In this document: one piece after another, positions 27,940 to 37,810 of the stretch
Layout: every line of letters begins with the position of its first letter
Position numbering within the stretch: position 1 is the first letter of the stretch
From: Candidatus Altiarchaeota archaeon
GTDB taxonomy: Archaea > Altiarchaeota > Altiarchaeia > IMC4 > SCGC-AAA252-I15
Direction: 5' to 3'
DNA length: 64,000 nucleotides
Assembly: GCA_043813075.1 (NCBI GenBank)
Contig: JBDRLL010000041.1
Span: forward strand, 1-64,000
Translations under genes and position numbers: made by a program
The notes under the pieces: generated by a model
Databases searched by the model: none
Seen by the model: only the letters and a program-made list of their open reading frames with translations
Told to the model about the DNA's origin: nothing

Positions 27940-30900
27940 TTATACTTCCTTGACGTACCGCTTGCAGTATTTGTAGACAGGGAGCGTGCAGGGTTGTTCT
28001 TCAGCGTGTATGAATCCTATTGGAGTGTCGTATTCACGCTCCTCGGTCTCGCATTGTATGGTTATGTTCTGCTTAGCATAGTGCTTGGCACTGTAGCTGT
28101 ATAACGGCACTGTTCCAGGCAGGTTGGAGTTGTACACGTACCCCATGAAGCCGTTGATCACATAGTCATTGTCTGACGTGTCATTCGCGTCCAGGCTCAG
28201 GAAAAAGTCGCGTTTGCCCGCGTTATAGTACCTGTAGAGTCTGCTCGTGTCATGGCCTGGAGTCAGCCTGATGTAGCCCACGATCTTGCTTCTGGTATAG
28301 CCTTTCATCGAGTTCGAGACGAATGTTCTTGTATTCAAGCACGCGTCAGTGGATACTGTGTGGAGTCCTGTCTCCTCATTCTGGAAGAGCCAGAGCAGGC
28401 TCGAGTTAGGCTCCCAGTACCTGCTTGAATACCCCAGGTTATTGCCCCAAGAGAGCGTGTAGTTCTCCATGTCTGTCGTTAAATCAACACAGTCTGAAGT
28501 GCACGAGCTCTTACTGTAGCCTATAGTCCCGACACGCACATAATCAGAGTCAGCGGAAGAGTTGAAGAACGACGTGAGCTTGTGATTCTTTTCTCCTGTG
28601 CCGAAATCAGCCATAACCAGCATGTGCAACGGCTGCCTGCCGGACTCGTTGACATCGCCCAAATACCCTAGAGTGGATATCCGGGAATACTTGTTTGAAA
28701 ACTGATTCGCCTCACCGCACTCGTCTATGCTCACCATCCGCTCAACAACACATACAGTGCGGGTACAATCCATCCCAAACAGCCAGCAGAAGAACCTGCC
28801 GATAGCCTCAAACAGGTCAGCGAGGAAGTCTACTATAGCAACAAGGACATCCACTATGAACTCCAAGACAGCCACTATAACGTCAGCAATCAACTCCAGA
28901 ACACTGACTATGAGGTCGCCTATTGCAGCCAGGGCTGCAAGAGGGTCATACCAGAACATCGCAATATCCTGCAGGTCGCTGGCCAGACTGTCTATGAACT
29001 CGTTTAAGCCGGAGACCACTCCGCCAACAAGCTCGTCTGCCGCACCGAACACACCCCCAATCAACGGGACCTTGTCCGTATGACCCCCCCAGCCCAAGAG
29101 CAGGTCTGACAGTCCACTAACTATGGTTGTTACAGTTCCTCCAAACATTTCGACTAGTCCTTCAACAACTTCCCCATCCGCGAAGTCGTCGGCACCGTTG
29201 CTCATCATTGAGAGGGAGGTCGAGAACGCGAGCTCTGTTTTTATGTCATCTAGGTCTCCAGCGGGCAGAGACTGGTTGGAGACCGCTATATACAGCCTTT
29301 TCCACAACAGTATGTCACTGTCTCCGAGAGTCATCTGACCCCAGTACCTGGCCAGCCGGTCCTCTGGTATCTCATACTGGTAGCCCCACGGATTGTATAT
29401 CGCATACACTGTCTCCATCTCACCGGGAACACCAGTAGGGCGTGAGCAATAGTTGACTACCACGATGAAGTGGCCGGCAAAAACGTTTCCAGTCCCGTCG
29501 GTCGTTAACACAAGCATTACCGGAATACCACGGTCTATGAACCGCCGTATCTCACTGAAGTCTCCGTTCTGGTATACCTCAGCGTTCACTCCCTGACTGC
29601 GGGCATACTCAACTAGTATGGTGGGGTCCCCGAACATGCCCCCTTCATTACCCCACGAGTGTTCTGAAGCCGAAGCCCTGCATTCATCGTCCACCGTGAA
29701 GTGGGTGTGGGAGTCGCTTCCAGTAAGGTACCTGAGTATGTATGCGAGACTGGTTGTACCGCACGCGTTCGTAGGCCCCTGACCCGGCAGCCATATGCTC
29801 TCTATCTGCGTGGTCCGCACCACCGTGCTAGTGTGCCCTGCCTCATCGGTTACTGTGTGGGTTATGTTGAACACGCCGTCACTCTGGTACTGGACTTGAA
29901 CGTCTTCTAACGTTAAGTCATCTGACCATGGAAGACTCCAGCGGTAATCAGTGATATTAACGCCGGATACGGGATCGGAATTGTCGAAATGATCTATTGT
30001 CGCCCCCCGATTGTATTCTACAAAGAAATCAGCCCTAGGCAGGTCCGGCTGCGGGGAGCCGACCGTGATGCTGCGGCCCACTGTCGCCGACTCGCCGTCG
30101 TCGTCTGTCACAGTCAACCAGACCATGTGCTCGCCGTTGCTGAGGTCGTGGGAGAAGTTCTGTAGTGTGGTGTTGAATCCGTCGGCCTCAAAGTACCAGA
30201 GCCTTCCAGTGATGTTCCCGTCATAGTCTGATGACGCGTCCGTGAAGTTGAAGTAGCCGTAGAAGTGGTCCTTCTCGAACGTGAAGTCCGCGTGCGGAAT
30301 CCTGTTCTTCGGTGGGGTGCCGTCCCATACTGGGTAGCCGAGTTCTCTGGGCAAATCCCCGTGCTCGTCACGATAGTATAGGCCTCCAGGGCTTTTGGAC
30401 CTGCCTATCTTCATTAGGTCGTTTTCACCGCATGATACTTGAGTCATAGGCTCTTCACCGAGCTCTGATGCAGGCTCTCCGAGATCGGACAGGCCAGGTA
30501 GTTCTACTGTAATCCTCTGTGTTAGGTTGTTGTTACCCTCATTGTATTCATCAACACTGTGGCCACTGTCTACGAATGCGACCACGTCAAACTTGCCTGC
30601 CTTCTGGAATATCAGTGTGTTGTTCAATTGTATCACTGTGCTATTACCCGCTGGTAGTGGTGCGACGGGCACTGTGATGGGCTCGCACGTCCAGTATACA
30701 GTTAGATTCACTGCAGGAGCGTCGTCGAAGCCTATGTTGGCGACCTCTATCCGTAGTGAGACCACGTCGAGAAGCCCGACGTCGTCGGGAGCATAGTTTA
30801 TACGGGTTATGGTCAAATCAGGGAGAAGCATGCACACGCCACCACTACATGCCTCGCCGCCCACACACCCTGTGAACAAGTGGCTTATCCGGGTTCCGTT

Positions 30901-31206
30901 ACAATAGTATTCCTTAACGTGCGTCGTGTTAACACACTCATCATCGACTGTGGTAATGCACGTCACACTATCCTTCCTATGAGAGTCAACCGAACCCAAG
31001 GAGGGGCCGCTGCATGACGTGCATAGTAGTAGTCTCTTGTCGAAGACGTACCTGCCGTATATCGCAGGTTTGTATAGGTTATCACTGTTGAACTGCATGA
31101 CTGAGGGCGTCATCATCGCCTTTGTCTTCGTCATATCAGCCACCTTAGCAGAGGTTAGGGGGGATAGGAGGATCAATGCTAGGAACATGAGCAGCATACG
31201 CTTCAT
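27940..31206 (-). CDS. Secreted multidomain protein: Cys module, CARDB, two PKD, C39-like Cys peptidase, amphipathic helical region, C-terminal aromatic repeats
   Basis: Signal peptide; PDLTI...VDEYNEGNN; F.DASSD.DG.I...W.F; NACGTTSLA...GHFIVV...YNPWG; LYRYYN...GYV....PGTVPLY. Confidence 0.85.
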   Translation of the reverse strand: MKRMLLMFLALILLSPLTSAKVADMTKTKAMMTPSVMQFNSDNLYKPAIYGRYVFDKRLLLCTSCSGPSLGSVDSHRKDSVTCITTVDDECVNTTHVKEYYCNGTRISHLFTGCVGGEACSGGVCMLLPDLTITRINYAPDDVGLLDVVSLRIEVANIGFDDAPAVNLTVYWTCEPITVPVAPLPAGNSTVIQLNNTLIFQKAGKFDVVAFVDSGHSVDEYNEGNNNLTQRITVELPGLSDLGEPASELGEEPMTQVSCGENDLMKIGRSKSPGGLYYRDEHGDLPRELGYPVWDGTPPKNRIPHADFTFEKDHFYGYFNFTDASSDYDGNITGRLWYFEADGFNTTLQNFSHDLSNGEHMVWLTVTDDDGESATVGRSITVGSPQPDLPRADFFVEYNRGATIDHFDNSDPVSGVNITDYRWSLPWSDDLTLEDVQVQYQSDGVFNITHTVTDEAGHTSTVVRTTQIESIWLPGQGPTNACGTTSLAYILRYLTGSDSHTHFTVDDECRASASEHSWGNEGGMFGDPTILVEYARSQGVNAEVYQNGDFSEIRRFIDRGIPVMLVLTTDGTGNVFAGHFIVVVNYCSRPTGVPGEMETVYAIYNPWGYQYEIPEDRLARYWGQMTLGDSDILLWKRLYIAVSNQSLPAGDLDDIKTELAFSTSLSMMSNGADDFADGEVVEGLVEMFGGTVTTIVSGLSDLLLGWGGHTDKVPLIGGVFGAADELVGGVVSGLNEFIDSLASDLQDIAMFWYDPLAALAAIGDLIVSVLELIADVIVAVLEFIVDVLVAIVDFLADLFEAIGRFFCWLFGMDCTRTVCVVERMVSIDECGEANQFSNKYSRISTLGYLGDVNESGRQPLHMLVMADFGTGEKNHKLTSFFNSSADSDYVRVGTIGYSKSSCTSDCVDLTTDMENYTLSWGNNLGYSSRYWEPNSSLLWLFQNEETGLHTVSTDACLNTRTFVSNSMKGYTRSKIVGYIRLTPGHDTSRLYRYYNAGKRDFFLSLDANDTSDNDYVINGFMGYVYNSNLPGTVPLYSYSAKHYAKQNITIQCETEEREYDTPIGFIHAEEQPCTLPVYKYCKRYVKEV

Positions 31207-33887
31207 ATGCCACCTCCCACGGGCGCGTCGCCACCATATTCAATGTATATCGTATCGTCCTCGTCTATGGCGACGATGTAGTCGTCGTATTCTCCGCCAA
31301 GTAGTCTGCCTGCGGCTAGGCCATCGTACTTGGTGAACGGGAAATACATGACTTTAAGCAGGCCTGTGAGGTCGTAGACGAACACTGCGCCATCATCGTC
31401 CACGCCGACGAGGAATTCCTGCTTTTCGTCGCCGACAACGTCTGCCACAGTGAGGCCGTCGTATGGCGTGTACCTGTCCAGGTTCACCATCATCTTCTCG
31501 TGCATTAGTGTGTCGTAGACTGTAAGACGGTCGTTGGAGCTTTCGATGAATATTATCTCCTTATGCCCGTCGCCGATGACGTCTGCCACGGTAAAACCGT
31601 CGTGGCGGTCGTTGTCGCCGAGGTAGCGGACTCCGTTGAATCCTGAGGGTAGTGTAACATCCCTCAGCAAAGCCCCGGACGCGTCGTATATGTGGACCAG
31701 ACCATCGTCGATTGACGCGACAAGCAGCTCTTCTTTCCCGCCACCCATGACGTCACCCACTGCAAAACCATCGTGAGTGTTGAAATCGATATTGTAGTTG
31801 GCTATAAAGCCGCCTGAACCGTCATAGATGTAGGCGTTACCGTCCTCGTTGTTTGCGATGATGATCTCGTCCATATCATCACCAGACACGTCGCCGACAA
31901 GTAGATGATCATACTGGGTGAATAGTGTGGTGAAGTTTGCGAGAACCGTCCCGCCAAGGTCATGGACTATCATCCGTCCGTCATCCTTCTTCGCATGGAT
32001 TATCTCGTCCAATCCGGACGGGTGGACGTTGCCTACCGCAACATCATCCCAGTGTTTCAGTAATGCGTGGAAGCTAACGCCCTCCCTGCAGCTGCATAAT
32101 GTGCCGATCTTGTAGTGGGACTCGTTGACCAACACCTTCTTGTTTATTGAAGTCGAGTTCACGTTGCCTGCCATGTCACAGGCACTCACCCTGTAGACTA
32201 CAGTACTATAATTCATGAATGAAGAGTTAGTGTAAACACAGGACTCTACCGCACCACCGCTGAGACAGCAGTCGGCCACCCTGCGCTCGTCAACATAATT
32301 GCATTCTGTGTCGTACCCAGACTCGAATAATGTCATTGTACGTATGCCGCTCGCGTCAGAGGCAGTGTATGTGACATCGGCTTCGGTGAAGTAGAATATT
32401 GTCGCAGGGTCGGTGGTGATGTTGATTACTGGCGTGGTGAAGTCAACCCTGTCATACATGAAGTCCTGAGTTATGTCTCCTGCACACAGGTCATGGATGT
32501 TCAACGTCACGCTTGGCGGAATCCACGAGCCCTGCAGCGGACAGCCGTCACACAGACGCATGTCAGTGTATATGGGCGTCAGCTGCCAATCACCCTCGCC
32601 GAGACAGCCCTGGTACACTATGTGAGGGTCTTCAGGAGTCGCGTTAGCTGGTCCGGCTGGTATCGGAACCTCCCTGCCGCTGGACGTGTGGGTTGCAAGT
32701 ATCATCACGTATGGCACGTGCTCGTCGCGGAAAGGCCTTACATCCCCCTTAACTTTACGGCAGCCTATCTCATAGCATGTTGTGCCAGTCCCACATGGTG
32801 TTGGAGCGCAGCCACATGGACGGTAGCTTAGGCCGCCAGGGGCCCCCAACGCAGCCTGAGCGGGGGTCAGGCAGGAGCATCCGCCAGGACATGTCGGCCC
32901 TGGCCGATAGCAATACATTGGTATTGGTGATCCGCCGGTTCCACCGTCAACGACGGTCCCTCCTCCCCCAGGTTCCATGGTTCCGCAGGTGGCTGTGCTG
33001 CATTGTTGACGGCTTGGGCCGAACATCATGCTGGCTTGGTCTGAGGTAAGGCACGTGCAGTCTCCACTGCATCCGGGAGTGTCACCGGACGTATCCTGCA
33101 CGTCAATGCTTCCGTCGAGGGTCTCCACGTTGCCCATTGAGTCCGTTACCTCGACGACCAGCATGGTTCTGGCGGACAGGGGGTTCCCATCGTATGTGCA
33201 AGAGTATGTCTGCGCGTTAGTTGGGTAACATGTTTTAACCGTCTTACCGCCCAGCTTGAGTTTTACAAGCCGTATGCCGTCCAGGTCCACGACGTTCATG
33301 CTGTGGCCAACTCGGTCACGGTTCTTGAATGGAATCTGGGGGAAGTTACTGTATTCTATTGTTGTGGGGTTGTCGGAGACTAGGGTGGTTAGGGTTAGTC
33401 GGGTTATAACGTCGCCTGCCGTGAACATTGTCGTCGACGTGGTTTGGATTGTAGTCGTCTGTTTCTGGGTGGTGGTAGTGGCCTTTATAGTGCTTGTCGT
33501 CTGGAGGGGTAGTGTCGTTGTTGGCGATTGCTTTAGTGAGGTAGTTGTCTGGGAAGGCTTTAAAGTCGTGGTCGGAGCCTGGCAGGTGCACTTCCCATAG
33601 TAGTCAATGCAGAGCAGGTTGTTTGGGCAGTAGCCTTCACAAGTGTTGCTCTTAGGGTTTAGAGTACAAGGCATGAGTGTTGTGGTAGTTGATGTTGTTG
33701 CCACACAAGCACAGTATCCGCCTGGATGAGTCAGGTATAGTTTGTAGGAGCACGCCTGACCGGAGGGGCATGTGCCAGAGCATGTTGGTGGGTTGGAGTA
33801 GGAGCAGGTGTACTGCTGTTGAGAAGAGGCTGACACAGATAGTATCATCAATAGGCCGAATAAAACTGTCTTTTTCAACCAACCCAC
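31203..33887 (-). CDS. Secreted protein with 6-Cys modules, Thr linker, Ig-like parts and C-terminal FG-GAP/VCBS-like repeats
   Basis: Signal peptide; repeated (V/A)(G/A)DV.G(D/G)...E motifs (GDVSGDDMDEII, GDVMGGGKEEL, ADVIGDGHKEI, ADVVGDEKQEF); overlaps the next gene by 4 nt. Confidence 0.85.
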   Translation of the reverse strand: MGWLKKTVLFGLLMILSVSASSQQQYTCSYSNPPTCSGTCPSGQACSYKLYLTHPGGYCACVATTSTTTTLMPCTLNPKSNTCEGYCPNNLLCIDYYGKCTCQAPTTTLKPSQTTTSLKQSPTTTLPLQTTSTIKATTTTQKQTTTIQTTSTTMFTAGDVITRLTLTTLVSDNPTTIEYSNFPQIPFKNRDRVGHSMNVVDLDGIRLVKLKLGGKTVKTCYPTNAQTYSCTYDGNPLSARTMLVVEVTDSMGNVETLDGSIDVQDTSGDTPGCSGDCTCLTSDQASMMFGPSRQQCSTATCGTMEPGGGGTVVDGGTGGSPIPMYCYRPGPTCPGGCSCLTPAQAALGAPGGLSYRPCGCAPTPCGTGTTCYEIGCRKVKGDVRPFRDEHVPYVMILATHTSSGREVPIPAGPANATPEDPHIVYQGCLGEGDWQLTPIYTDMRLCDGCPLQGSWIPPSVTLNIHDLCAGDITQDFMYDRVDFTTPVINITTDPATIFYFTEADVTYTASDASGIRTMTLFESGYDTECNYVDERRVADCCLSGGAVESCVYTNSSFMNYSTVVYRVSACDMAGNVNSTSINKKVLVNESHYKIGTLCSCREGVSFHALLKHWDDVAVGNVHPSGLDEIIHAKKDDGRMIVHDLGGTVLANFTTLFTQYDHLLVGDVSGDDMDEIIIANNEDGNAYIYDGSGGFIANYNIDFNTHDGFAVGDVMGGGKEELLVASIDDGLVHIYDASGALLRDVTLPSGFNGVRYLGDNDRHDGFTVADVIGDGHKEIIFIESSNDRLTVYDTLMHEKMMVNLDRYTPYDGLTVADVVGDEKQEFLVGVDDDGAVFVYDLTGLLKVMYFPFTKYDGLAAGRLLGGEYDDYIVAIDEDDTIYIEYGGDAPVGGGI

Positions 33888-33941
33888 CTAGTTAGAAATG
33901 GTTTTTATCGTATTAAAGGTTGTTATGGATGGGGGTAATCG

Positions 33942-34070
33942 TTAGACTAGCGTGGACTGTTTGAGTTCCTTCCTCACAGTCATCTCTTTTTTGCCTTCAG
34001 TCCCTGCTTCTTCAGTCCTGCACCTGAACCGTATCTCAGAGACGGTGGGCCTCAGGTAGTTTAGGTCCAA
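33942..34070 (-). CDS. Possible 42-aa ORF downstream of SSB, ending KQSTLV
   Basis: TTG start 2 nt after the SSB stop; no clear SD. Confidence 0.35.
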   Translation of the reverse strand: MDLNYLRPTVSEIRFRCRTEEAGTEGKKEMTVRKELKQSTLV

Positions 34071-34072
34071 TG

Positions 34073-34348
34073 TTATTCGAGCTTCTCTAGGGCGCCGAAT
34101 TTTCCTGCTGAGACCTGGAGTTTGCCTTGGTAGCTCTTACACCAGCCTTTCGTTATCTTGACTTTGTCGCCTATGCCGTACTGGTTGACTTGCTCGTTCC
34201 AGAGCGTCAACTGCACGTCTCCTGTGTCGTCTTTTGCTGAGGCGTTCTGTACTGGGCCGTAGCTTGTGTCTCGTGGCTCCTCTATGTCTGTTATCTCCAG
34301 TGTTATATCGTCCACTGGCGTCCTGTCTTGTAGTTCGCTGACTTTCAT
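34073..34348 (-). CDS. Single OB-fold ssDNA-binding protein (SSB/RPA-like)
   Basis: MKVSEL, DDTG.V.LTLW, GDKV.I..GW...YQG.LQ...GKFG. Confidence 0.88.
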   Translation of the reverse strand: MKVSELQDRTPVDDITLEITDIEEPRDTSYGPVQNASAKDDTGDVQLTLWNEQVNQYGIGDKVKITKGWCKSYQGKLQVSAGKFGALEKLE

Positions 34349-34413
34349 GTTCTAATGTATTCGCAATCAGACAATTAAATTAGTTAAGTATCTTTTTTAT
34401 ACCATAATATTTA

Positions 34414-34432
34414 TATATGATATAATCATATA
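34414..34432. promoter_or_regulatory. Inverted repeat TATATGAT-ATA-ATCATATA overlapping a TATA-like element
   Basis: Perfect 8-bp arms in an AT-rich intergenic region. Confidence 0.45.
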
Positions 34433-34631
34433 ATGTATTACAAAGTATGAGTGCGGGGTGATCAGATAATTGTCATAAAAAAAGGCATTACAAAAAAAAG
34501 TGTATATATTACACTGAAAACCAATCAAGATATTGGATGGCTCGAAGGAGTAAGTAATGCAAAAATAAGACAATATCCCAGCGGGATGGGGATAAACCCC
34601 CTATCTGACCCTAAAGCACTCCAACAATAAT

Positions 34632-36521
34632 CTATTTACTGACAGGCATCAGATCCTCAAAATAACACCTGACCAACTCGCCCAGACTCCACGCCTGACT
34701 AATGCACCCGCCATGGGCATGCGGCTCATCACCATCAAAGACCTCGCTGACACAACCAAGGCCTGCATCAAAGAGATGCCTGGATAAAAAAGACTCTACA
34801 AGATCTATGCAACGCGACCTGGCGCCAGCACCACGATAACGCAAAACCGCCCTGACATAGGGACCCAGAAGCCAAGGCCAGACGGTGCCGTTGTGATAGG
34901 ATGCGGCCCTCTCATCAAAGCCTCCGACATACCTGCCCCGGTAGCGAGAATCGCCCCTAGCGAGAGTCCGCAGACCATAGGGTGTAAGGAGCTCAGAGTC
35001 CACCAAGTCAAGAATCTTCAATGCCTTGTCTTCAGGCACGACATTATAATCCATTGACAACAAGAGGACCTGGTTAGGCCTAATGCTACCGTCGCCAAGA
35101 CAGTCATCCAGGTAAGAGCCGTTCCAATAGTTTTCCATGAAATTATCCTCAAAACCTGATATGAGGTCGTCTACCCCAGCTTCGTCTCCGACAAGCTTGG
35201 ATAGTGACTTCATGACGCGCAGAGCATTGTACCATAAACCCTGGACTTCGACAGCCTGACTGCGGCTCAACGTGTCCATCCAGGTGCCTGAATCATGGTG
35301 TAATATCCCATCCCTACACCATCCAGAATACTTTTTGACTATGTCTTTCATAGTCCACCAGTATGCCCTCAAGAAACGCCGGGCATCATCATTGCCTGCG
35401 TACTTAGCATAGGAGTTAACCCGGTCTATTAGCCAGAGGGAAGAATCGAAGTCACGGTATTCAGGCACACCCTTGTTGAAGACGGTCGGTATCCTGCCGC
35501 CGTAAACATTCCTGAGGAATCCGCCGAGTATCCTCTCAGCCTCACCAAGCCGCCCGGTCACAAGACACAATCCGGGGAGGCTTATCATAGTATCCCTGCC
35601 CCAGTCGTCAAACCAGTGATAGCCGGCCATAATGCTCTTCCTGCCATCAGAGTCAACAAGGAATGAAGACGTGTTGCATAATAGAGTGTAAAGCCGCAGA
35701 TCCTTGAAACCAGACTTCAATGGAGTCTTCGAGGAGGACAGACCAGTGAACACCCTCCCGCAATCCCTCTCGTCAACGCCAGACGCGACGGTGAACGAGA
35801 ACTCGATTCCACTACCTTCATCAACACTTGTCTTAAAGTATCCGGGGTAAAAGCCGTTGTCAACGTGATCCTCCCCCCTCCGCTCATCCATGAAGTACTT
35901 GAAGTTACGATGCCAGTTGGAGCAGACGACAGACTCCATGAGGTCGTTGTAGACTAGTAGATACGTGTCGGGAGACTGGATGCCAAACGCCCTATCGTTG
36001 AATGACTTGCATTCAAAGATGTCTGAGACGCCGAGCAGTCCGTGAATGCTCCGGCAGGATACGACAGGATTAACCCTGAACTCAACAGGACCGGGAGAAT
36101 TGTTGGAAAGCATGTAGGAGACCTTCAGCGCATTGAAGCCTTGATACATTCCCAACCTCTTCACCAGCGACACGCCCCCAACAGAATACCTCAACTCGAA
36201 CGAGTGGGGGGTGGACTTGACTGAATCGAGGTAATTAATGCCTTCAGCCACCCGGGTGCCGTCAGAGTAATCGTTGACGCCCAGACCATGCCCCACACCC
36301 TCGACAAAAAGCTCTTCATCCAGCTTCAAGAGCATCACCCTCCGGTCGATGACTGGGAATGACGAGACCAGGAGTCCATGATACTTGCGGGTGTTCAGGC
36401 AAGAGATTGATGAAGAGGAATACCCTCCCAGACCATTGGTCAACAGGAATTCCATTGAAGACGGGTCGGCGACTGACTTCAAATCCAGCTCAAAACCATC
36501 ACTAGCTCCCCTTTGCTGCAT
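34632..36521 (-). CDS. Glycogen debranching enzyme (amylo-alpha-1,6-glucosidase, GH133-like)
   Basis: EFLLTNGLGGY, TRKYHGLL, AGYHWF.DWGRDTMISLPG, YHNGTVWPWL, QAWS..E. Confidence 0.95.
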   Translation of the reverse strand: MQQRGASDGFELDLKSVADPSSMEFLLTNGLGGYSSSSISCLNTRKYHGLLVSSFPVIDRRVMLLKLDEELFVEGVGHGLGVNDYSDGTRVAEGINYLDSVKSTPHSFELRYSVGGVSLVKRLGMYQGFNALKVSYMLSNNSPGPVEFRVNPVVSCRSIHGLLGVSDIFECKSFNDRAFGIQSPDTYLLVYNDLMESVVCSNWHRNFKYFMDERRGEDHVDNGFYPGYFKTSVDEGSGIEFSFTVASGVDERDCGRVFTGLSSSKTPLKSGFKDLRLYTLLCNTSSFLVDSDGRKSIMAGYHWFDDWGRDTMISLPGLCLVTGRLGEAERILGGFLRNVYGGRIPTVFNKGVPEYRDFDSSLWLIDRVNSYAKYAGNDDARRFLRAYWWTMKDIVKKYSGWCRDGILHHDSGTWMDTLSRSQAVEVQGLWYNALRVMKSLSKLVGDEAGVDDLISGFEDNFMENYWNGSYLDDCLGDGSIRPNQVLLLSMDYNVVPEDKALKILDLVDSELLTPYGLRTLARGDSRYRGRYVGGFDERAASYHNGTVWPWLLGPYVRAVLRYRGAGARSRCIDLVESFLSRHLFDAGLGCVSEVFDGDEPHAHGGCISQAWSLGELVRCYFEDLMPVSK

Positions 36522-36582
36522 GTAATAGAGTATTTTTATGCGAACGATATAAATAAGATACCTCGCAGATTAGGTGGGTGGT

Positions 36583-37809
36583 ATGACTTCAGTATGTTTT
36601 TACTTTCAAATGCACCAGCCATACCGGCTGAAATGGTTCTGGCCTGGAGACGACTATAAAGGCCCCCTCGAAGACCATTATTTTGACACTGAACTGAACA
36701 AGTGGACTCTCCACAAGGTAGCCGGAAAATGCTATTGGCCTGCCACCCAGAACATACTACACAACATAGAGCTGCTTAAGAACGAGAAGAGGAAGTTCAA
36801 GGTGAGCTACTCGATATCGGGCGCCGTGCTGGAGCAGATGGAGAGGTGGGACAAGGACCTGCTCGAATTGTTCAAGCAGCTGGGGGAGACGGGCTGCTGC
36901 GAATTCCTCTGCGAGACGAGATACCATAGCCTGTCCAGCCTGTTCGACCTGAGGGGGGAGTTCGTAGAACAGGTCAAGGACCACCGTCAGATGATTAAGG
37001 ATTATTTGGGCCAGAAGCCGAGCGTGTTCAGGAACACTGAACTACTGTACCATGACACAATAGCGAAGGAGATTGAGGACCTCAAGTTCAAGGCGATAAT
37101 GACGGAGGGCACTGAGAAGATACTTGAGGGGTGGAAGAGCCCCAATTATATTTACTCCAGGAAGGACGGGAGGATAAAGGTCTTGCTTAGGAACTACAAG
37201 CTGTCCGACGACATAGGATACAGGTTCAGCGCCAGATGGTGGGAGGGATGGCCGCTAACCGCCGAGAAATACGCGGACTGGCTCTCATGGACTCCAGGCG
37301 ACACGATAAACATATTCATGGACTACGAGACGTTCGGAGAGCACCAGTGGGATGATACGGGGATATTCTATTTCCTCGACTCGGTGCCCTGGAAGATCCT
37401 GGAGAAACAGCATTTGGAGTTCAACACGCCCAGCGAAGTGGTGGACAAGTACCATTCCAGGGGGGAGATACAGGTCCCATGGTATGAGACGGTATCATGG
37501 GCTGACATGGAGAGGGATCCGAGCGCATGGCTGGGCAACCACATGCAGCACCTTAATTTCACGGAGTTGAAGCGTCTTGAAGACGAGGTTAAGAAATCAG
37601 GGAACAAGGAGTTCCTTAGGATATGGAGGATGCTGCAGATTTCAGACCACTTCTACTACATGTGCACGAAGGGTATGGGAGACGGTTCTGTGCACGAATA
37701 TTTCAGCCATCACGGCAATCCCTTCGATGCGGGGCTGAACTACCACGCAGTGCTCTCAGACTTCAGGGAGAGGGTGATTAGGGAGAGGTATGAGAAAAGA
37801 AGGAGGTGA
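36583..37809 (+). CDS. GH57 alpha-amylase
   Basis: YFQMHQPYRL, FRNTEL, LSDDIGYRFS, FMDYETFGEHQW, SDHFYYM. Confidence 0.95.
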   Translation: MTSVCFYFQMHQPYRLKWFWPGDDYKGPLEDHYFDTELNKWTLHKVAGKCYWPATQNILHNIELLKNEKRKFKVSYSISGAVLEQMERWDKDLLELFKQLGETGCCEFLCETRYHSLSSLFDLRGEFVEQVKDHRQMIKDYLGQKPSVFRNTELLYHDTIAKEIEDLKFKAIMTEGTEKILEGWKSPNYIYSRKDGRIKVLLRNYKLSDDIGYRFSARWWEGWPLTAEKYADWLSWTPGDTINIFMDYETFGEHQWDDTGIFYFLDSVPWKILEKQHLEFNTPSEVVDKYHSRGEIQVPWYETVSWADMERDPSAWLGNHMQHLNFTELKRLEDEVKKSGNKEFLRIWRMLQISDHFYYMCTKGMGDGSVHEYFSHHGNPFDAGLNYHAVLSDFRERVIRERYEKRRR

Positions 37810-37810
37810 G

